Source: Eukaryota sp. GEM-RC1 (Eukaryota). From it: a DNA stretch of 64,000 nucleotides. The DNA is taken from positions 1,922,001-1,986,000 of the forward strand of contig JAUFOQ010000001.1 of NCBI GenBank assembly GCA_040285855.1. The letters run 5' to 3'. The notes below the pieces were generated by a model. It did no database searches. It was given only the letters and a program-made list of their open reading frames with translations, and was not told the origin of the DNA. The translations under genes and the position numbers were made by a program. Shown here one piece after another: positions 25,601-33,170 of the stretch (positions are counted from its first letter, which is position 1; each line of letters begins with the position of its first letter).

Positions 25601-26123
25601 CTTCATCCATGCTTGGATATCTACCACCAACATTTGGAAATATAGTTTGAGCTTCATGACATAATCTAGATTTTACTAGAATTGGAAATATTTTAATAAT
25701 TGGTTTGTAAACTACTTTAATTAGTAATTCCTTTTCCAAATTATATGCATAGGCAGTTGTTTGTTCAACTACTTCTATAGCATATGTTGTGTCAGTTTCA
25801 ATACAATCAATAGGTGTTTTAGTTGGGGGTCTAATTTCTAAACAATCAACTACAGTACGACCATAACCATATTTATATGGGACCATTCTATCAAAAACAT
25901 TTGAATATGTTTCTTTTAAATTTTCTAAAGTGCACCAATCATCAAAATTTTCAAGATGTTTATTTGATGTTTTATGTTTCTTCCAATATACATCACTCAA
26001 AAGTATCATTACGCGTTCTCTATCAATTTCATCAAAAGATTTTATATATTTTTTGAAATATTTAGGATCCACTCCCAATACATTTTCTAGTTCGTAATCT
26101 TCATGGGGACGTCTGAATTCCAT
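22614..26123 (-). CDS. RPB2: DNA-directed RNA polymerase second-largest subunit, highly divergent viral type
   Basis: Intact 1169-aa ORF with DEGGYLIIEG, QPENKNIG, SQEDAI, PGDKFAS, DIIFNP, QQHFAVRKAYAR and GGLSMGSMD. Confidence 0.93.
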   Translation of the reverse strand: MEFRRPHEDYELENVLGVDPKYFKKYIKSFDEIDRERVMILLSDVYWKKHKTSNKHLENFDDWCTLENLKETYSNVFDRMVPYKYGYGRTVVDCLEIRPPTKTPIDCIETDTTYAIEVVEQTTAYAYNLEKELLIKVVYKPIIKIFPILVKSRLCHEAQTIFPNVGGRYPSMDEGGYLIIEGIPKIVMMGNDFPLNNAIRANRDNGPRSDMLLASKGRYSNIYELRIQTLSDKGRLDCLFLMQSKNKFMYPTLDDDVNRLNNRIPVICLFWYLGFFNLEEICDFIAPLNEAYSHEIRQLIRNFYYNSWYLKNRVKEYKWPTNHEEVLFLIATMILLPSYRESHTHEEIIKQTAYLMDTFVLNINVSKKAKARKLGITIRDNLLLLLDPSKESVRKDETLIRYKTYANFLDSINKTIIPKKVTKKITKVFEKYLERNDADFANFENELKGINFNGVGLEMSNYIRNELNSSESTVGKVCDNYENKSLGDNISKQNMSLIRTIDRAASKKVWLIKQTHQSEYPTRCSVQQPENKNIGEHCQFSNYVRLSLANDNLKYINELKALGSFSEDYDPNIVPYEVLVDNLPIGYVYNDDELHNYVYSKKMAKREGKEPIDVTFVLTDTRLNVMVYGGRHMQPYVPFKEIFDEGKIDEFKSVLECLRDKIRHDGNLITWDYLIQKGFIEWIDGMGKWSMLINNGPIIQRTHLTLPGYNYGIIGSGYPYIHHVKGVRAAYDSNQTKNAGSDKSGSESHTFKGTNIEVTLLKYSKYMIKGPIEAHRNRIHLNVVHYYEGESQEDAIQVSSRFRDCTPTIATHTIEFNMSDMSELNCKHVNDNVYFEKDGMPPLGTQITQYSELFEAYTFDGKARHIKYNEYDLAGTDMQVIAFIGKKRVIGTQRKEIILHTFHYPTPGDKFASGAQKSIVAIVTDYHNMPIAKSGWVADIIFNPKSMKKRETWGYVLSGIIERYLGNQGTRLFVDESYNLIDNIHEDYYLKSFIGKDGSEILEKLVVMTVPYTTQQHFAVRKAYARNPAMPYNNLNATPGGKRQMGGLSMGSMDYSKHFAAGCASLAQNYNTIDAGKDIKYHSTKDHLSSGYREKTSRVVLRKKEIFADELREIPINPYLVRMIYPALYHLGIVIEEYEDIKDYVTTKSLKRLAVNDEPEPKIKVAKKN

Positions 26124-26177
26124 TTCATTAAAAAAAAATTCATTTTTATATTAAGCATTAAACTACATAATAAAGGA

Positions 26178-27421
26178 TCAAATACTCAATTTACCTCCAT
26201 TTAATGTGATTTCGCTTCTTTTATTATGCATTCTTGATAAATCTTTTAAAACAGTTGTAAAGAATTCTAAACATTTTGGTAATAATATCTCATTACCTAC
26301 TACATTCATCAATCTCAACGCATATTGCCATGCCTTATTAATATCCAACATTAACATATTTTTGAATTGTAATTCTGTATATTTTTTCATGTAATCTTCA
26401 TAACTTAATTCGTTTTTAATATATTTCTCACACAATTCGTAATTTTTATTATATCCATTACTTTGTTTAGTCATTAATGACTTATTTAATTTATCTAATT
26501 GTTGACTTTGAATAAATGTTGGATATTTAGTTTTTAATGTTTCAAATTCAACCTGAGGAATAGTTTTTAAATTAAATCCAGGAACATAATTTTGGTACTT
26601 TTCAAAAATATCAAAATTACATTGCATTAATTTACATTCATTCCAATGAAACAAATGTTCACAACAAGCACACAACACATGATCAAAATTTTGATAATTA
26701 TAAATAAGAACATTACAATGAGGACATGATTTTGAATTTAATCCTAATTCATTAATTAACTGAACGTCGGTAATATCACATACATGATTATCATTAATTG
26801 GTTTCCAACAATCTTCACAATATTGTGTCTCACAAATAAAACATTTATTATTAATTACATAACCATTGCACATTTGACATGGTTTTGTTGGGTGAGTATT
26901 TTTGAAAATTCATTCATATTATTTTTTAATGCAGGAATTAAAATAGTTTTAATTTCATCAATACTTTTTTTAATATCTTCATTTTTAATGGTATTTTGTG
27001 AATAATCCATTAATAGATTTTTATTTTTGGATCACCTGTTAACTGAATTCTTGCACTTTCAATTTGTTTTTTCAATTCATGTGATTCCATCATTAATTTT
27101 GTAATTTGTTCATTATATTCTTTTATTTTTTCCTCACTTTTAGATTGATTAATAATAAATGGAATTTTCGCTAATTGTTGAATGAATTGATTTTGAATAT
27201 TGTGTTTGATAGTTTTTTCATAAATGTTGATGTAAAGGTGGTGCTTAAAAAATCCATTGACCATTCAGTATTACAAGCAGGACAAGTTGGTTTTAGTAAT
27301 GATTTATCCAAATGTTTTTAACACAACCTGAACAAATATTTGATTCACAATCACAAATAACTCTAAATCTTGTTTTTGTAAATTTTCGATCACACTTTAT
27401 ACACTTAAAGAGATCTGACAT
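26178..27421 (-). CDS. RING-IBR-RING (Ariadne/RBR-like) E3 ligase of NCLDV type, frameshifted
   Basis: N-terminal CIKC...CDC...CSGC...CPAC; then PCQMCNG...KCFICETQYCEDC...HVC and KSCPHC...DHVLCACCEHLFHW. Confidence 0.75.
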
Positions 27422-27455
27422 TTATTCAAAAAAAAATATTGTTTATTGTTTATTT

Positions 27456-27650
27456 TTAATCATCCTTGATTAATTCATTGATTATTTTTTCAAGTATGTT
27501 TGTTGTAATAATTCGATCTCTTTTACATTTTGTTTTAATAATATCTATAATAACGTCATATATAAACTTTTCAAATATCCATTTCATAATAATAATTCTG
27601 TACAAATAAAATGGAAATAAAATAGATATGATTATTAATAACTTTATCAT
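27456..27650 (-). CDS. Small protein with N-terminal hydrophobic segment
   Basis: 64-aa ORF with the promoter-like motif 16 nt upstream. Confidence 0.5.
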   Translation of the reverse strand: MIKLLIIISILFPFYLYRIIIMKWIFEKFIYDVIIDIIKTKCKRDRIITTNILEKIINELIKDD

Positions 27651-27675
27651 TTATTAAGTTGATTAATCATTTTTA

Positions 27676-27831
27676 TCATTTTCGAGTGGTTGAGGTCGTA
27701 GATCGAGTTATACTAGATCTCGTAGTTGGCTTTGCTTTAGGCTTTGCTTTGGGCTTCGTAGATGGCTTAGGTTTAGGCTTAGTGGTCCTAGGCTTAGGCT
27801 TAGTAGACGGCGAAGATTTTTTAGGAGGCAT
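27676..27831 (-). CDS. 51-aa very basic K/P/T/S/R-rich protein (H1-tail/protamine-like), below the ORF-track cut-off
   Basis: MPPKKSSPSTKPKPRTTKPKPKPSTKPKAKPKAKPTTRSSITRSTTSTTRK; no acidic residues; locally higher GC. Confidence 0.75.
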   Translation of the reverse strand: MPPKKSSPSTKPKPRTTKPKPKPSTKPKAKPKAKPTTRSSITRSTTSTTRK

Positions 27832-27852
27832 ATTTTATAATATGAAAAACAC

Positions 27853-28371
27853 TTATTTAGTATAAAAATAATTTAATATTCGTTTATATAGAAAGGGAAC
27901 AAAAGTGATTTCACTAAATTTGCTAAATGGAATCCATTCCAATCGAATAGATTCATAATATGGGTTAATTGTTTTCGGATCGATATTTTTATATCTATCA
28001 TTATAACTGTTTACTAGGTTTTTCCATTTATCTAAATCGTCATCAGATATCTCATGTATCTTTAACAAATATTCAGAATTGGCTATACCACAAGCATCGC
28101 ATTTTTTAATTTCAGGAATTGTAATAATGGTTGAATCAATATTTCCACTTTCTTCCATAAATTCACGATGTATGGTATGATAAATATCAACATCGTCTTT
28201 ATCAACTCGTCCTCCCAACACACAATAAGCTTTACCTTGTCGTCTGTTTTCGTAATTAAATAATAAATATGTTTCGTCAGGAGTTTTATAATATGGTAAT
28301 AAACCACCAGCTCTATAATTATCAACAGAATAATAATCTCTTTTATTTCTTCGCATGATAAATGTCGCCAT
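27853..28371 (-). CDS. Nudix hydrolase (possible mRNA decapping enzyme)
   Basis: Nudix box LGGRVDKDDVDIYHTIHREFMEESG. Confidence 0.88.
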   Translation of the reverse strand: MATFIMRRNKRDYYSVDNYRAGGLLPYYKTPDETYLLFNYENRRQGKAYCVLGGRVDKDDVDIYHTIHREFMEESGNIDSTIITIPEIKKCDACGIANSEYLLKIHEISDDDLDKWKNLVNSYNDRYKNIDPKTINPYYESIRLEWIPFSKFSEITFVPFLYKRILNYFYTK

Positions 28372-28406
28372 TACTAAATGATATATATTGCTTTTAAAAA
28401 AAATAT

Positions 28407-28907
28407 TTATACATGTACAAAGATAGATTCACACAATTTGTCAAAATACAAGTTATCATAATTATCCTCATAAAACATATTAAATGGAATGTTTTCTAAT
28501 TTAAAAGAATAATTATGTCTACTACACAAAATTAATTTAATAATTACAATAGGAATTGTCCTGGCGATTTCAATCGAATTGATTTTGTTAACCAATTTGG
28601 ATTTGGGGAACTTGGTGAAATGAAAACATTTTAATTTAGTCAAGTCAATTTTTTTGATAAACAAGCTGATATCAAAACATAGATAATGATGTCCTTTGTT
28701 GTTTCCAAAATATGCCAAATTGGATTTATTAATTTCTTTTAATGAGATTGGCAAACCAAGATAATTTATAATCCCCAACTTCACATCAACCAAATCGTTA
28801 ACTTCAAATATTGGCAACTTGATCATTTGTTTCTCACCAACTTTGATTATTTGGTGTGGATACACACAAAATAGTTCTGAATAAATGACCAAAAGTTTAA
28901 TATACAT
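28407..28907 (-). CDS. Hypothetical viral protein
   Basis: 166-aa ORF with the promoter-like motif 15 nt upstream. Confidence 0.6.
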   Translation of the reverse strand: MYIKLLVIYSELFCVYPHQIIKVGEKQMIKLPIFEVNDLVDVKLGIINYLGLPISLKEINKSNLAYFGNNKGHHYLCFDISLFIKKIDLTKLKCFHFTKFPKSKLVNKINSIEIARTIPIVIIKLILCSRHNYSFKLENIPFNMFYEDNYDNLYFDKLCESIFVHV

Positions 28908-28947
28908 TATCTTGGATAATATTCATTTTTTTAAAAAAAATTTATAA

Positions 28948-29868
28948 TTAAATCTGTAAGATTGGAACATCCTCAACCATTGCATGAATATCAAATATAC
29001 ACATGAGAGGATTTTCAATAACATCAGATGTAATTTCAAATTCTTGAACACTATCTAAATAATAATAATATTCTTTAATCATTTTAATTACTCTAACATT
29101 AGGTCTATCAATGAATACTCTTAAAATTGAATCTTCATTTTCAGATACAGAATTATATACATAATAAAACAAATTCTCGTGAGTTTTAACATATGTATCA
29201 TGTTCTACTTTAGTTAATTGTTTAAATTTTACAAAATCTAAATGTTTCAACTTGGTAGATAATGGTAACATATTTTCTCTATTTAATAGGATATAATAAA
29301 CGAACAACCCAATACAAGTTTTCATTGAACTATCTCTATATCCACCATACCAAAATAATCTAATCAATGTTAAATACGTAACCAATTCATATGCATTAAA
29401 ATTATAATTATACGCAATTGATAATAATATTGGTATTTTTAAATCTCTAAATGGGATTTCTGATGATAAAAATGGAGTCAATATATATTGACAAGTTGAA
29501 ATTTTATTAATCTGTTTTAATAAATTAAATTCAAATACTTTAATCATACTTTTAATTAATACTCTATCGTTAATATATGTATATGCCATGCACATGATTA
29601 CTTGTAAATCAAGCATGTTTTTTCTAAATTTGTTATGTGGTCTTATTTTGTTTTCATAAATCTTGAATATATCATTCAATTGATCTTCTGTTAAAATTAA
29701 ACCATATTTTTTTATTATTCCTTTAAATCTACTAGAATTAAATATCTGTTGGGAACTTTTAGTTTGTCCACCATTGATTCGATGTTTTTCTTCATTGAAA
29801 GACGTAGGAACTTCATTTTGATGCACAACATATGTTGGCATTTGAAAAGTAAAGTTTAAGAACGACAT
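28948..29868 (-). CDS. Hypothetical helical protein, weakly TFIIB/cyclin-fold-like
   Basis: 306-aa ORF with the upstream motif. Segments IFKIYENKI...LQVIMCMAYTY and KTCIGLFVYYIL loosely recall TFIIB cyclin repeats. The function call is weak. Confidence 0.4.
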   Translation of the reverse strand: MSFLNFTFQMPTYVVHQNEVPTSFNEEKHRINGGQTKSSQQIFNSSRFKGIIKKYGLILTEDQLNDIFKIYENKIRPHNKFRKNMLDLQVIMCMAYTYINDRVLIKSMIKVFEFNLLKQINKISTCQYILTPFLSSEIPFRDLKIPILLSIAYNYNFNAYELVTYLTLIRLFWYGGYRDSSMKTCIGLFVYYILLNRENMLPLSTKLKHLDFVKFKQLTKVEHDTYVKTHENLFYYVYNSVSENEDSILRVFIDRPNVRVIKMIKEYYYYLDSVQEFEITSDVIENPLMCIFDIHAMVEDVPILQI

Positions 29869-29938
29869 TTATGAGTCATAAAATCATTTTTTATATAAAA
29901 AAATAAAAGTTATTTTATTTGCTAAAACGTATTAAATT

Positions 29939-29988
29939 TTTCATTTCATTTCAATTCATTTCATTTCATTTCAATTCATTTCAATTCA
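29939..29988. repeat. (T/A)TTCA pentamer microsatellite overlapping a stop codon
   Basis: About 10 units of TTTCA/ATTCA, reading GAAAT/GAATT on the coding strand and overlapping the end of ORF 29976-30851. Confidence 0.85.
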
Positions 29989-31159
29989 TATGACAATTTA
30001 ATAAGTTTTTCATTATTCATAAAAAGCTCACTAATAGTTTTAACATCATTGATATCGATACGAACAATGAAATCATATTTAAAAATCATTACATTGGTAT
30101 ACAATTCAACTTCATTAGGATACATGTTACTTGGACTTGGAATAAAATCACCATGACTAATAAGCACTTCTTCCTTAAAGTCATCAGCATAGAGATAGTT
30201 AACCATGCAGCAAGGAGAATTATAAATATGCATTAACGCATAATATACCACATTAAATGAATAAAACATTATAGTATTAGATCCAACTAAATCTCCAATT
30301 AATTTCGAAAATGACAACATGAATTTTAAATCATGATTATCATAATAATGAGATAAAAATCCAGCATGTTTTTCAAAATGAATTTCATTTCCTTGAAGGA
30401 ATAAAGTTAATTCTCGTTCACGATATTGCATTTCTCCAGTATTTTCAGATTTAATATAATTGTTGTACAATTCTACCATTTGAGGTAAAAGCACAAATGC
30501 ATTTAAATTTAACTCAAATTGTTCAGTAATTGGATCATATGTGATTAAGTAATTAATCAATCGAAAATCTAAATTCTTTAATTGAATCTTTGCAATAGAG
30601 GTAGGAATGCTGTTATAAATTAATCGTAAAGTAGAAATATCAGTTTCTGATAAATTATACATTGATAAAAATATATCCAGACTAGCATAATAATGCATAT
30701 TGTTAATTTCTTTAAATTGCTTACGAGTAAAAATATTTAACTTGGCATCACGTTTCTTTGCTGAATGATTTGACCAATTACAAATAATATCATAAATCAT
30801 CATTCCACTTAATACCCATTTAATCAAATATTCATTCTTTTTTTCAGGCACACAATTGTATCCTTCAAAATTAATTACTTTTCTATATCTTGATTCTAAT
30901 TCAAGATTTAATTCATCTTTAAAACAGATAATGGGATATTACCAGCAGGCAATGATTTTGGTTTAGTGATAAATTCATGCTTGGATATTTTTGATATATA
31001 ATCAGCAATATTTGTTGCAGCATTAGGAATAAAATTATCTAATCTCATTCCCATTCTATAAATTTGAAAAACCTTTTTTAATTTACCATTTTTAGATTCC
31101 ATCATTGCGGTATACTCTAAAATGTTTTTATAAAAACTTGAAAGATTGCATTCCAACAT
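29976..31159 (-). CDS. Hypothetical viral protein, frameshifted
   Basis: ORFs 30908-31159 and 29976-30851 with a single upstream motif at 31175-31182. Confidence 0.55.
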
Positions 31160-31207
31160 TAAAATGGATAAAAATCATTTTTTTATAAATTTAAATAAAA
31201 AAATTAT

Positions 31208-32270
31208 TTATTTATTACCCATTAATACTAAAATATTTTCATCATATTCAGATTCACTAGTTTTCTTATATTCATGTACAAGAAAATCACCACCATCCTT
31301 TACAACAACTTTTACAAATGCTTGCTTTTGGGGAGAAGAGAAATACTCAACAATTGCATTAGTATTTTTTTCAATTTTATAACAATTATTATAATCAATA
31401 ATTGTAATTAAATCTGATCGTTTTTGAATACTTTCAGCATCCTTGTGCATTTTAAATTTAGATGACAATGGAGATATTTTCAATAAACCACAAATTTCAT
31501 TATGTAATTTTTCCTTTGTTTCAATATGTGAATGAACAATGGCAACCGGAATTCCAAATGCATGATACCCAATAATGAAATAGACCATGTTTATAGCAAT
31601 AAAATCAATTTGTTTCATTGGAGGAGCCACTTGAATAGTTCTTGGTAAATTGATTAAAGAATCAATATTTAAAGACAATTCAATAACACCACGTGAATAT
31701 GCTTCCTCATTAATATCAACTAATGTTGCATAATGTAATGGATGAATCATATTTAAATCAAATGATTTTAATTTTGTTTTTTCAATTGTTCAAATGCACT
31801 GGTAGTTTCTTGAGATAATTCATCACCAAAATAATAATCTAATGATTTGAAATAATTAGATACTTTTTCCGATTTTAATGAATTATAATCAAATACTTTA
31901 GGTGTAATGAATAAATCAGATTTAACCTTTGACAATATACCATTTTTTCATTAAATAACCCATATGTTAAATGAGAAATACATATCAATAAAAAGTCTCG
32001 ATCAAACTCAGGGTTGTCACCAATAAGGAAATGACTATCCTTGTAAATATTAAATAAAACCTGAACTGATCTTGATAAATGATCATTGATAGTAGGAAAA
32101 TTAATCACGTGATTATTATATCTAAATTGGTTAATAATATCCTTTCTCAATGAAAATAGCTTATCCATATTCAATTTACCATTTACATGCATTGAATAGA
32201 TTTGGAAATACTTATCAGGCTTACCTTTTAACTTACTGAATCGTTCAAAGAATGAAAGATACGTACGCAT
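31208..32270 (-). CDS. Hypothetical viral protein, frameshifted; probable paralogue of 29976-31159
   Basis: ORFs 31875-32291 and 31208-31750; N-terminal KLKGKPDKYFQIYSM versus KNGKLKKVFQIYRM in the neighbour. Confidence 0.5.
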
Positions 32271-32332
32271 ATTATTAGAGATAAAAATCATTTTTTTAGA
32301 GATTAAAATGTGTGATTTTTTCTCTTACTAAA

Positions 32333-33120
32333 ATGTTACCAACAATCTTACAAGAAAAGAAATTTAGTATTCCTGACTATGTAACCAAGGATTTAAATTT
32401 AATAACTAATCGAGAAATACGAGCGGTTGATGCAATATTGCATGTTTTAAAAGAAAAACAAAAACTTACTGATTTAAACAAGTATTTATATGCTCTTTTA
32501 GCCAGAACAGGTGCTGGTAAATCCACAGCATTAATAAGTGAATTATATTACGAATTTCCGGATACAAAGATTGCCGTATTAGAACCAAGAAAAAATCTAT
32601 GCATGTCTAATAAAAATGCAATTCAAGAACATTCAATGAAAGATAAAAGAGGTGCTATTACTGATGACAAGATATTTGTAGCAACTGGTGATAATGACAT
32701 GTTGAAATCAATAGAAAAAAGACAAGCGAATATTGGTTTTTATACGATTGAAAAATATCATTATACTGAATATAAAAATGTACAGTTTTTGAATTTTTTA
32801 ATTATTGATGAGGTTCACGAAATGAGTCATCAATTAGTTAATTTAATTTCTGATTTAATTGAAAAATAGAAGAATCAATTAAAAAAAATACCCCCTTTCC
32901 TATTGTTATATTAATGTCTGCTACATTTGATCCGCAATATATTTTAAATTATTTTGGAATGGATTCAGAATCTTTATATAATAGTGGTATTGTTGAAGGT
33001 GAATCTAATTTTAATATTCAAGAATTCTGGGTAGATCATGAAAAAAGAAAATGGTTACAAAGGAATCTGAAAATGAATTTCCCATTTCTACATGGAAATT
33101 AAATTATACTGATCGCAAAT
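32333..33120 (+). pseudogene. DExH-box RNA helicase (poxvirus NPH-II / ASFV B962L-like), truncated after motif III
   Basis: LARTGAGKSTAL (I), VLEPRKNL (Ia), IIDEVHE (II), MSATFD (III). The second RecA domain is missing; the retroelement follows directly. Confidence 0.85.
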
Positions 33121-33170
33121 CATGATGTTTCTTGCCCTGATTTTGAGTGTGATTGTGATTGCGATTGTGA

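Larger units (their letters stand above)
7842..32295 (-). promoter_or_regulatory. Dispersed early-promoter-like motif AAAA(A/G)TGA(A/T), 15-22 nt upstream of viral ATGs
   Basis: Plus-strand TCATTTTT at 7842, 8422, 9043, 10524, 16874, 17473, 17903, 19292, 19586, 26140, 27667, 28923, 29884, 31175 and 32288; TCACTTTT at 12255 and 13022. Confidence 0.8.
1..33120. mobile_element. Endogenous (or mis-joined) Nucleocytoviricota-like giant virus genome segment, open at the left edge of the window
   Basis: Very AT-rich, densely packed ORFs with no visible introns, mostly on the - strand. Contains RPB2, D5 primase-helicase, VLTF3-like, RPB9-like, Nudix and DExH helicase genes and a shared upstream motif. 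Abuts eukaryotic TE-rich DNA. Confidence 0.85.

Noticed and set aside
1..33120. Alternative genetic code as the cause of fragmented ORFs
   Set aside because: The breaks I traced need a frame change rather than stop read-through, and long ORFs end normally at standard stops.
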